Source: Paraglomus brasilianum (lineage: Eukaryota). Taken from it: a stretch of 35,058 bases of DNA. Under the pieces are notes generated by a model. The model saw nothing but the letters and a program-made list of their open reading frames with translations. It was not told the DNA's origin and searched no databases. The translations under genes and the position numbers were made by a program. Positions within the stretch are counted from its first letter, which is position 1. Each line of letters begins with the position of its first letter. Positions 1 through 15,039 of this stretch are shown piece after piece. Location: positions 1 through 35,058 of the forward strand of contig CAJVPI010000329.1 in NCBI GenBank assembly GCA_910592345.1, given 5' to 3'.

Positions 1-494
1 ACTTGAACCTATATGGGATACGATATGCATAGTAAAGACTAACTTTATTTATTCATATTGGATTCAATTTCAAGGGTAAAACAGTGAAATACTAAAGCTT
101 GACATGGTAATACTAATATAGCTGTTTCACTTGCACAACATATGTTAATAACGTCACTTTCGTTTGTTTTAATATTTTTGATCCATACAATCGGATCGCT
201 GCGGCATTCTCCGCAGTCTGGTAAAATAAGACGTATTTACTATATTGTATGCAGTGTAGCAAATACCGCTTTTCCACGAGCTACAACTCGTTTCCGTTTA
301 CAAAGATAAATATAAAAATAGGATTTTACCTGCGGTTCATGCATCACTTGATCACTGTTCAACGGTCGAACGCAGTCACTACATAAAATCTTTATTGTTC
401 TGACTTACTTATCGAATGAGGCGCAGGCAGTGTAAATGGTTATAATGGACACCATATCCTCTCGGTAGCAGTTAAACGAACGAGAATTCCCACA

Positions 495-3002
495 ATGAAG
501 AGCTATTCGTATCTCTATTCTGACAATGCAATTGTAGCAATCGGATTATTTACTATTGCTGTATTGATTTTAAGATTTGTATACCAGGTAACAAACTATT
601 GATGGCCATACTAATACTAGTGGGAAAACATTCATTACTTATACCTTATTAACGTTGATAGAAAATATATGATGCATTCTTTGGGCCTTTGAGCAAAATA
701 CCGGGACCAAAGCTCGCAATATTGAGTGCTCTTCCATATTTAATAACTGCATATCGAGGCATAAAGTAAGCAAAGATTTATATCTTGACTTGTTTATTTA
801 GTTGGTTATTTTAATTATTTAATTGTTTATTTACTTGTCACTTAGATGGCGTTGGATTCAGTTTGAATTGGTTCCCAAGTACGGGAAAATGTTTAGAGCA
901 GGTATATTAATATTAATGTTACTTGCGTAACACACTGCAACCTCTAATTGTATATTCCCAACTAACTTGATAATTCCTCAGCTCCCAAAGTGGTAGTTAC
1001 TTATGACAAAGATATTGTTAGAGAGGTATGGGAGGACACGTGTTAATGCTATTAACTATGTCTTATCGACGTTAATTGTTCGTTTAATTTAATTTGGTAA
1101 TTTAGATAATCGTTAAAGAAGTAAGTACGACATTATTACTATAGTGTTAAGATTGTGAATATACGCTTACGTAAATCCTTACTTCTTTCAATAGGATTGG
1201 CCCAAAAGTGATTTCTACAGATTGTTTAGTGCTGCGCCTTATGTGCGTACACTGTTTTCAGTCTAGTAAGAAAAGTTTTTCTATTATATTTAAGGGTATA
1301 TTGATTTCAATTGGAAAACTGCTAAAAGCCATTCTTCTGTTCACAACATTAGTGAAAAAACACAGCATAAGCAAAATGTACGTATATACTTACAATGACT
1401 TTATACATTATCAGTGAAATCAGTTTGACTTATACATTTTACGTTTACAAAATAATGAATACAGCGACGACTATTCTCACCGGCTTTCGCAATCAAGCAT
1501 CTTTGTTCTCTTGAGCCGTTTATAGCCAAGTGTATCTGTAATTCGAATAAAAAAATTAATTCAACAATAGGGGCAAGTCCGTCGTCTGATGGAATCGTAA
1601 TAAATTTTTACAAGATGATTGTTGATATGACTCTGGTATGTAAATACGCATTCGTTTGATAGCACTTATTTGTAACTTGACGTCAAGTTTTTAAAATTGC
1701 AGGATATAGTTGGTTACACTGCATTCGGGACAAATTTCAATGTTGTTCAAGAAGAAAACCATCCCTTAGCCAAAGAAATTGCTGTAGAATTGAACAAACG
1801 TGCCAAGGTATGTAGGATATTAAAAACACTTTGTATCAAACAAATTATATACACTAAACGCGACTGCTGTTATTACAGAGAAAGTCATTTCCTATAATGA
1901 CACGGTTTCTGAAGAGCAACATTTATCTTTATGAAGTAAATATTTTTTGACTTGATATATTTTTAGCCAATAGAATTTACCGATTTACAGCTAACATTCT
2001 CACCCTATGAAATTCAAGTTTGCAACTAAACTCATCAGTCAACGTCGTCAAGCAAAAGACTCTCTCCACAAGGATCTTTTTCAGATTATTCTTGATGCCC
2101 AAGATACAAAAGATGCGTCTCCTAGTATTGACATGCATGAACAGATTGTTGAATTTATTGTCGCTGGAAGTGACACGACAGCCTTTAGTACTTTTTATAC
2201 TTCGCTAATGCTCTTGAAACATCCGGATAAGATGCAAAAGCTTGTTGAGGAATTTGACAGGGAATTTGTCGATTTACCAAAAGATGAGTTACCAAAGCAC
2301 GACAAGTTAAAGACACTACCATATCTGAACGCTGTCGTAAATGAGGGGTTGAGGTTATGGCCTGTTACGATAGGTAATGTTATAGCTTTGATACGTCTTA
2401 ACTAATGTTTGACTTTTATTTACTAACCAATTATTTATTATTATTTATCTTACACCAAAAAGATGGTAATTAATCGCTTTCTAAAAGCTCTTAATGCATA
2501 AAAGTTTTTCAACTGCCACACACTAACAATATGTATGTTATGTGTTTAGGTATAGCGCGTACACCATCAGAGGATACAGTTATTAAGGGAACACTATTCC
2601 CAAAAGGCTGTCTTGTACTTTCAGATATTTTTGCACTTCATCGTTCTACCGAATACTGGGGCGAAAACGCAGATGAGTTTGTTCCTGAACGATGGTTCGA
2701 TCCTAATGTTCCACGCGACGCATATTATCCATTTTCAGCTGGTTCAAGAAATTGCATTGGACAAAAGTAGGGCATTATTTATATAACTATTATGAGCGCA
2801 AATCTTTGGGTATTAAAATTGATTTTTATTTTATTTTTATTATGACAGTTTTGCTTTATTAGAAATGCGTCTTATTATCGCATCGATATTCAGACGCTTC
2901 AGAGTTGAAGACATCTCAGGACAAGACCATTGGGATATTGTGCAATACTTGATACCGTCTCTTGCCAAATCCGAGTACAACGTACGCGTGTGGAATCGAT
3001 AA
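495..3002 (+). CDS. Cytochrome P450 monooxygenase, about 13 exons
   Basis: Hand splicing gives an open frame: N-terminal hydrophobic anchor (IVAIGLFTIAVLIL), PLSKIPGP hinge, I-helix AGSDTT, EGLR (ExxR), PERW, and heme motif FSAGSRNCIGQNFA. ATG at 495, TAA at 3000-3002. Confidence 0.95.
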
Positions 3003-4520
3003 TGATTATATTATTATCAAATTCCGTCATAAACATTTTGGGAAAATTAGTATTAGAATTAAACTCTCACGAGGCGGAAACATGTAGATTATAAATATAA
3101 TAGATTTGACAGCTATAGCCTAAGAGTAGATTAATCTATGATAATTTTAAAGCAAATAATACGTATTAAAAGAAATTTCGTATCAGTGTGTAAAAATACG
3201 TGCTGTATATTGTCTAATAGTTAAAGATTTCAGCAAAGTGCAGAAGCCATAAAACTTATCATTAACGGTTTAAGAACATACCATATAGGTTTCAATCATA
3301 GTAAATCAATTTATCACAAAAACTTTATACTTCCGTGGACAACTTGCTGCAAATTTAACTCTGAAATTAAGGCAACTAACTTTCTCTTCTTTTTTGTCTA
3401 CATCGGTTGTGACAATTGTTTAATTGATATTTTTTAGCGTTACTTTACCCGAATCACCTACAATTCTTAGTTTACATAATACCAACTCCTAAAAAGAATG
3501 TTTAGAACCACTAATATCCCATGCATCATTCTTCAAAACATCTTCTACCTGCTTCATGCAATGTTCTATCGAAAAGAATTTAAATCAATAAATAGCAAAT
3601 CCATAAATGCAACCCACATAAGCACATGTTCTAATAGTGCAATTCACGTGATTTACATATTGTGCACATTCTTATGCAATAACAGGTTTCGTATGCACAA
3701 TTCGCGTACAGCATTATTATTCTTGTGTAGAGGAAGAATTTTTTGGTCATCATTTCAAAGTTCCCGTTTTTAATAGCTTTGAAAAAATTTAAGCTTTCCG
3801 AAAGTGGTGATATCTTCTTTCTTTAGTGGAAAGACACCAATAGTAATAAGAATACCAACATTGGCACAGTTACTAATAATTTATTAAATAAAGTAGCAAT
3901 TACACAATTTTAGATGGTTGAGCTCTAAACACAACTAAATTAGGCATGTAATCTCATTTCCACAAAGTCGACATACGCGTATAGTCGAGTATATCTTCTT
4001 TACGTAATGGGGGGTATAGGGCGGGTGAATTCTCGTGGATCGAACAACTGAATTATAATGTATTGAGTCTAAACAATTGATTGATGTATTGTTGAAAGGT
4101 ATCATTGCTTGTGCTACGTTGCTTCTATTAAGCGCTCGATTGTTAATGAGACCCTTTAATCGTAGAGTGAGAAGTAAGATGACGGGCTGCACTTTATTGT
4201 TGCACCTACAAATCGTACGAGTTGGACAATAATTTCTTTACATGCTCTTAATTGTGTAAGACCACATTGATAGCTTCCACATCCTCTAGTAACGATTACG
4301 TTAGTGTATTAGTATTGTTGGTTCAAAATTTAGCAATAGTATTGGTCAATGAATGACTACGGCTCGATTAATTTTTCATGCCCTAATATGGGATGCGCAG
4401 ATGGGAGGCTTTCCAACGGTGACAGTAATTATACTACAAGTTAATTATTATCAAGTCCTCACTCCCATTTCAAGAGACTCGGCTGTCCTTTAAGCTTCCG
4501 ATCAAACCCGTGCGCTCAAC

Positions 4521-7266
<2,746 letters not shown>

Positions 7267-7849
7267 GAAGAGTTTTAATGGAAGTGGAAATTTTGGGAAG
7301 GGGTCATGTATGATAATTTCTCTTGTTATTTCGCGCAGGTTGTGTACTTGTTTTAATGCACATCTAGTCTGTGTAGTATCTACTGTTGAATTGTGAATAA
7401 AGATGTCGTTAATCGCCTGCGGGTGGTTCTTTCTTAATTATTCCTTTTAAAGCACAATGAATAATCACGTCATTTCAATAGACTTTATATTGCCAAGCCT
7501 TATTGCAAAACATCCGCAGATCCTATGTGACACGCAACAACTGGATAATGCATTGACATGTTTCACAAGGAGCTTAATTATAGGTGTAGCGTCTTTTTGT
7601 TCTTACGCTTTAATGGAAATAATACGTAACCCATTGAAAATATTACCAGAACGACCGATCTAATCAATCTATGTGTGACTGTTTTTAAATTCCAGTTTGA
7701 TGCATCCTTTAGTCCTATATCGTTTTGCCTTATTTGTCATCCTTGCTACATATATAAAAAAGGCAGATGCATGAAAGTTTACCGGAAAACCTTAAAAGTT
7801 ATTTGGCAAATCTCCCCAATTTTGAACCTTAATGTATTTATCCTTTACG

Positions 7850-8671
7850 ATGACAGGAAGGAAGTCCAACAATCTCAAAGCTCCTGGAAAGAAATCATAT
7901 CGGAATCAAAGGCCGGATAGTCCTTACGACTGTCCGCAAAGACAAATTGACCCTTTCCAGCAACCAAATTTTCGTCTAAAGCCGGAAGCGAAAAAGGGAC
8001 ACTGGACTCCGGAGGTAAATGTGACGTGCAGTATACTTTAGAGTCTTATTCAATATTTCAATGATTTTGTCTTATTTATCTTACGTCACGTTTCTAATGG
8101 GATCATAGGAGGATGAAACACTCTTGCACATTGTAAAAAGATTTGGCCCAAACCACTGGGAAAAGAACTCTATTCACCATTCTACTCGGAACGGCAAGCA
8201 AATGAGGGCGCGATGGCTATGTCACTTAAAAGAAGGAGGTAAAGATTTTAAAATAAAAGTTGATTACGCTGTCATTGTCAATAAAATTCACTAACGCATC
8301 CTCTTATTTAATAGTCAACAAAAGCCCATTCACAGAAGAAGAGGTCAACACTATTTACTATATGCATGACATAGAAAAAAAAGGATGGGCCAAAATTGCA
8401 AAAAGACTTGGCAATGGACGCACGCCAAGCTGGTGTCAAAACGTATATCACAATATCGTCGCCAAGAATCTTGAAATTTATCAAAAATCTGCTAGCAGAC
8501 GGTTGTCAGAGTAAGTACTTACTGACGTTGTTATGTATAGAATTTATAGTAATTTCTTACTAATAAGTCTCTCTCGAATTCATTAGCAAAGAAAAGATGG
8601 CGATAGATTCTCTTTTAACGGTGAAGCATATTGTTGAGAATAAAATGGACATCAAAATGTTAATAGAATAA
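7850..8671 (+). CDS. Two-repeat (R2R3-type) Myb transcription factor, copy A, apparently intact
   Basis: Exons 7850-8014, 8109-8238, 8315-8510 and 8587-8671 splice in frame: KKGHWTPEEDETLL...FGPNHWEK...RNGKQMRARW...NKSPFTEEE...GWAKIAKRLGNGRT...KMAIDSLL...KMDIKMLIE*. Confidence 0.88.
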
Positions 8672-9202
8672 CATGTAATCACAAAAAAAAAAAAGCCACC
8701 AATAGTAAATATTTCGAACGGCATTCTAAAAATTATTGTATAAATATTCCCCCTACCACTCTTAACATCAAATAAAACTGTCGACGTATTTTATTCATCC
8801 AAACCTGCCTTTTTTTTACTCTCTGACTCGTCTCTCATTTATCGCGTCAAGTCTAACCTTACACAGGATCGTTTTCTGTGACAAAATTCTCCTAAAGGAG
8901 AACGAACCAATCGAGGATTGAAGAATAGCACTTCAAATAGGCATTACAGACGTGCTCATCAAAATTCAATTCTGATAGGATGGCATAATTATCTCTTTTG
9001 TCCATACATTGACATTGAAGTCTAAGCTCGTTCAAATGCTATCACGTATTGCGAGCTGACTAATCTTGTTCCTAAATGCAACGTGTGATTAATCTCTGTT
9101 ATACATACACACTACCTTATTTGTCATCCTGTACATACAACAGAAAAGTAGTAGTTTGGTCAATCTCCTTATATCTCTAGTCTCACTTTGCGACTGACAA
9201 CC

Positions 9203-10030
9203 ATGACGCATAAAAAGAATAGTTATGTTAAAGCTTGTCCACGCAAGAAAATTGAAGAGTCAAACCATTGGAAGTCACCGATGGTTCCTAAAAACCATTA
9301 TAAGTTGGTAAATACACACATTCGTATACTACTTCTTTGGTGTCAAAGAATTCGTTCTATATCTTACCATTTAATGGATTATAGGAGCAAATGAAGATGG
9401 AAGATTGTGTTAACTTTTACACAAACCGTTATACAACAATAGTTTACAATAAAGATTGCAAGCTTGAGAAATATCCTCTAAAGCCGAGACTAAAACAGGG
9501 ACACTGGACTACTGAGGTAAATGTGACATGCACTTTGGAGTCCTATTCAATATTTCAACGATTCCGTCTAATTTATCGTTACATTCCCAATGGGATTATA
9601 GGAGGATAAAATACTCTTGGACATAGTAGACAGACTTGGCCCACATAACTGGGAAAAGAACTCTATTTACCATCCTACTCGGAACGGCAAGCAGATGAGA
9701 GAACGATGGCTATCTCACTTACAAGGAGGTAAAGCAAAGTTTAAAATACAAGTAGATTACGCTGTGATTGTCAATAAAATTCACTAACGCACCCCTCTTA
9801 TCAAATAGTCAACAAAGACCCATTCACGGAAGAAGAGGTTGCCATTATTTATTATATGCAAGACATAGAAGGTATAGGATGGGCAGAAATTGCAAACAGA
9901 CTTGGCAATGGACGCACGCCAACTCGTGTAAAAACGTTTATCACAATATCGTGGCCAAGAGTCTTCCAAAAGCTGCTAAAGGATATGAAGAGTTATATCA
10001 TAAAATAGGCACGAAGAAAGAGCCGTCAGC
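9203..10030 (+). pseudogene. Myb copy B, with a 1-nt frameshift in the second repeat near 9920
   Basis: Exons 9203-9307, 9385-9516, 9602-9728 and 9809-10030. The sequence cgcacgccaactcg is one base shorter than cgcaccccaaactcg in copies D and G. This could also be a sequencing error. Confidence 0.75.
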
Positions 10031-10096
10031 GTAAGTAATTACAGACGTTGTTTGTATGTATCGAATTTCTACTAAAATTTTCTCGAAATTTACTAG

Positions 10097-10473
10097 TAAG
10101 GAAAAGAAATGCAGTTCGGATCAAGGGCAGAAATATCTTCTAAAGCCGAAAGCAAAACGGGGACATTGGACTGCCGTGGTAAATGCGACATACAGCATAT
10201 TTTGGGATCCTGTTCAATATTTCAATGATTTTGTCTTATTCATTTTACTATCGTATACATTTTTAATGGATATAGGAGGATACACCTCTCTTAGAAAGAT
10301 TTGGCCCACATAACTGGATCTGGGAATGGAACTCTATTTACGGGAACGGCAAGCAAATGCTCAAAAATGGATGCACGCCAAACTCTCGTAAAAACGTTTA
10401 CCACAATGTTGTGGCCAAGAGTCTTCCAAACCCTGCTAGCAGACATTTCGAATGGTACAGACATAGGAACTAA
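10097..10473 (+). pseudogene. Myb copy C: internally deleted remnant joined to the last exon of copy B
   Basis: Exon 10097-10178 (KEKK...KRGHWTAV) and exon 10276-10473 (EDTPLLERFGPHNW...GKQMLKNGCTPNSRKNVYHNVVAKSLP...*). Most of the junction between the two Myb repeats is deleted. Confidence 0.7.
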
Positions 10474-11443
10474 GAAGGCAGTTACAAATCGTTATACATT
10501 TATTGTACTTTACATATCTATGCGATCGGGATCGCTCAACTCGACACCTCAATAGTCTTTCAGGGCAAACTAATACGATTGTTCGAATATTAATGTGAGA
10601 CTATGAAGATTATGCTAATTCGATTAGATATACCAATTCGGAATTGCCAAACTATAGACATTCTGACATTATTAGTGAGAGGACGGTGTTCATAGACCGA
10701 TTCTAAATTGGTAAACATTCACGGAGTTACGGTCATATCTTTTAGGTGTAACGAGTATTAAGTATATACTGTATTTATAATAATCGGAATTATATCAATG
10801 TATACGGTTTATATTAAGATGGATAGCCAGTATGTTAAGCAAAGAAAGAGCGCTTGAGATCCTTCTTACAGAGAATAGTATGAGTGGAAGGTTAGGCATT
10901 TATATTTTCGGAACATTGATGTGGCTTAGAACTGATGACTGTCCTTAAAATCACTACAAAATTTATACTGAAGTTCAGTGAATACGCCATATATCATTGT
11001 GACACTTTAAAAGGCTAAATTATCCGCAGCCGATAACGATAATCTTTAACTGCAACAACAGTGTAATACTCATCTCATGTAACAATTATTGGAGTTCGTA
11101 TATTTCCATAAATACATAACGATAATGCATTATTGATTTACAAGTATGGTATTTTACAACGAATCAAGTTAGGCGCGCGATATCTGCGTAACTATTTCTT
11201 TTTGTCTTTACACATTTATGAACGCAATGCGATTTCCTATATTGGCATTGTAGTCTAACTCTTTCAAATTATTGCCAACCTTGTCCCAATCTGTGTGCTT
11301 ATCTTTTGAATTTCAGTCCGTTGCCTTGTTTGTCATCCCGGTACATAAATATTTAACGATTGTATATGTACTTTTATCTGCAACGGATTGATCAATCTTT
11401 CTAATCTTTAACCTTATTATAATCACCATTTGCCATTGACAAC

Positions 11444-12481
11444 ATGACAGAATGTAGATCTAACTGTCTCAAAGCTCCTAGAAAGAAATTTTATCAGGAT
11501 CGAAGGCCGAATAGTTCTAGCGCTTGTCCACGCAGACAAATTCCTAAAAGCTTTTGTCAATTGGTGAATACACACATTCGTATACTTGGTGTCTCAAAGA
11601 ATTTGTTCTATTCATCTTACTGTTTACTGTATTTTAATGGATTATAGAAAGATGTAATAAAGACGGAAGATTGTGATGACGTTTGCGCATACAATCCGAC
11701 CACGGTTTCAGACAAGACAGCCTGTTATCTAACAACAGCTTACAATAACGATTACCAACTAGAGAAATATCCTCTAAAGCCGGGACTAAAACAAGGACAC
11801 TGGATTTGTGAGGTAAATGTGACATGCAGTATACTTGGAGTCCTATTCAATATATCAATGATTTTGTCTTATTTATTTTACTATCGTCACATTCTTAACG
11901 GATAATAGGAAGATAAAATGCTCTTGGACATAGTAAACAGATTTGGCCCACATAACTGGGAAAAAAACTCTATTTACCATCCTACTCGAAACGGCAGACA
12001 GATGAGAGAACGATGGCTATCTCACTTACAAGGAGGTAAGATTTTAAAATACAAGTTGATTACGCTGTGATTGTCAATAAAATTCACTAACGCCCCTCTT
12101 ATCGAATAGTCAACAAAGACCCGTTCACGGAAAAAGAGGTTGCCATTGTTTACTACATGCGTTGTATAGAGCAAAAAGGATGGGCAGATATCGCAAAAAG
12201 ACTTGATAATAGACGCACCCCAAACTCGTGTAAAAACGTTTATCACAATGTCGTGGCCAAGAATCTTAGAAGTCGTCCAAAATCTGCTAGCAAATATGAA
12301 ACTATATATCATGCAATAACGACAGTGCCGTCAGCGTAAGTAATTACGGACATTGTATGTATTGAATTTCCAGTAATTTCTTACTAACCAATTTTACTCG
12401 AAATTCATTAGTAAGGAAAAGATGGCTATAGAGTTTTTCATAATGATGAATAACGGACAAGTCGGATATTACCCCGTCTGA
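11444..12481 (+). CDS. Myb copy D, apparently intact, 5 exons
   Basis: Exons 11444-11563, 11648-11812, 11909-12035, 12110-12335 and 12412-12481 splice in frame, giving GHWICEEDKMLL...GRQMRERW...RTPNSCKNVYHN...KMAIEFFI...*. Confidence 0.82.
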
Positions 12482-13475
12482 ATAATATGAGTCGTAGTAG
12501 AATCTTCCTTGCAGTAAATATTTGTGTACAAAATATTAATTATAACACAAAGACAGTTGAAATACACATCTATTGTATATTTTATTACAAATATCGCTTT
12601 GCATTTAGTCATGATATCAGCACAACAAAATCTTAACGTCAATAAACTATAAAGTCGACATATCTAATGTTATCAATTCGTCAAAACTTGTTGGCGCCTG
12701 CACCATTGATGGTTTATTCCACTGATCCCCCATCCTACTCTTCATCAATCCTTCGTTGCGACATTTATTACGTAGCTTTATGCAAGCGAGTCTCATCACG
12801 TCAGCTCTTTATGTGCAATCTAATTTAACACCTGTATAGTCTTCACAAATTGCTAGCAAATCGAGTACACAAGTATAATACAAACCAAGATTGATTTCAA
12901 ATATATGCGCTTGATCTGTGGAATTTACTTATTACGTGTAATATAGTAATATTTAGCTTCGGCATTACTGACGTGCTCAACCCACAGACGTCGAGAGTTA
13001 ATCAGTTGCAGCGCGCGATTCTCCTCATTTGAAAACTACTGCTCATAAATTCTACGCAATTCGTTTCCTTGATAAAGCATTCTTGCTTTTTCTGCATCAA
13101 AATTCAATTCGGATAGATGGTAGACTTATTTCTTTTGTCTTTATACATTCATGAAGATACTCTTAAAGGTTAAGCGATACCCTACATTGGCATTGTAGTC
13201 TAGGCTCATTGAAATACAATCACTTATTGCCAATGGCAGAAAGACAATCGTGAGTGTTCTTAGAATGCAATTCGTGTGATTATGACCTAACTGTTTCTGC
13301 TATCTCCTATGCAGACTACCTTATTTGTCATCCTTGAGTTACTGTACACTACAAATATCATAACCATTGTATATGCTACTGCGTCTGTGTTTTAGACTGG
13401 AAAGTCTTTAACAGCAATATTAGCAGTTTTTTGACCAGTCCCGTATCTTTAATCTTACTTTTGTGCTTGACAATT

Positions 13476-14553
13476 ATGATAACTCGTAGGCCTAACTGTC
13501 TCAAAGCACGTTCCCGCAAGCCAGTTAGAAAGTCAAACCTTTGGAAGCAACTAACGGGCCCTAAAAGCTATTATAAATTGGTAAATACACACATTCAATC
13601 ATTGAGAATCAAAGAAATAATAACAACGTTAATATATTACTCATCTTACATTACAAACTGCTCTTTACAAGAATTATCTTAAACCTCGTTCATGCAAGAA
13701 AATTGAAAAGTCAAACCCTTGGGAGTCACCGATGGTTCCTAAAAACTATTATAAGTTAGTAAATACACACATTCGTATACTTACAACTACTTCTCTGGTG
13801 TCTCAAACAATTCGTTCTATATCTTACTATTTGATGTATTTTAATGGATTATAGGAGGAAATGAAGGAGGAAGATTGTGATAACGTTTACGCAGACCGTT
13901 ATCCAACAATGACGATTGCAAGCTTATAGTATATCTTCCAAAGTCGGAACTAAAACCGGGACACTACTGCTGAGGTAAATGCGACATTTGGGAATCCTAT
14001 TCGATATATAAATGATTTTGTCTTATTTATTTTACCATCGTTACATTCTAATGGGATTATAGGAAAAAGATTTGGCGCAAATAACTGGGAAAGAACTCTA
14101 TTTACCATCCTACTCGGAACGGCAAACAAATGAGGGCACGATGGCTATCTCACTTACAAGGAGGTAAAGATTTTAAAATAAAAGTTGATTACGCTGTTAT
14201 TGTCAATAAAGTTCACTAACGCACCCATCTCATTATTTATTATATGCATGACATAGAAAAAAATAGGATGGGCAGGAGCTGCAAAAAGATTTGGCAATAG
14301 ACACACGGCAAATTCTTGTAAAAACGTTTATCACAATGTCGTGGCCAAGAATCTTAAGAATTGTCCAAAATCTGCTAGCAAATATAAAATATCATATTTT
14401 GCAGCATTAGTGAAAGAGTTGGGGGATTATTCAGCGTAAGTAATCACTGACATTATTCGTATGTATCGAATTTTCAGTAATTTCTTACTAACAGCAAAGA
14501 TGGCAATAGAGTTTCTTGTAACGGTGAAGCATATGGACATGTTAATAAAATAA
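13476..14553 (+). pseudogene. Myb copy E, pseudogene
   Basis: Homologous exons are present, but the 3' part of exon 1 is duplicated (about 13690-13758), exon 2 has a frameshift and stop, the first Myb exon has deletions, and the acceptor plus NKDPFTEEE segment near 14225 is lost. Confidence 0.85.
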
Positions 14554-15039
14554 CATGCAATCACAAAAAAAAAAGCCACCAATAGTAAATATTTCGAACG
14601 GCATTCTAAAAATTATTGTATAAATATTCCCCCTACCATTCTTAACATCAAATAAAACTGTCGACGTATTTTATTCATCCAAACCTGCCTCCTTTTCTCC
14701 GTTTATTACTTCTTCTCATTTATCGCGTCATGTCTAACCTTACACAAAATCGTTTCTGTGACCTAAAGGAGAACGAACCAATCGAGGATTGAAGAATAGC
14801 ACTTCAAATAGGCGTTAGACGTGCTCAACTTACAGGCGTCGACAGCTTGTTTTTTCTGCATCAAAATTCAATTCTGATAGGATGGCATAATTATCTCTTT
14901 TGTCCTTACATACATTGACATTGAAGTCAAATGTTATTACGTATTGCGCTGACTAATCTTGTTCCTAAAAATGCAACATGTGATTCAATCTCTGTTATAC
15001 TAACTTTCCATACACATTACCTTATTTGTCATCCTGTAC

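Noticed and set aside
3498..4192. ORFs 3498-3773 (+) and 3935-4192 (-)
   Set aside because: No recognisable motifs or convincing splice structure; probably intergenic or decayed repeat DNA.
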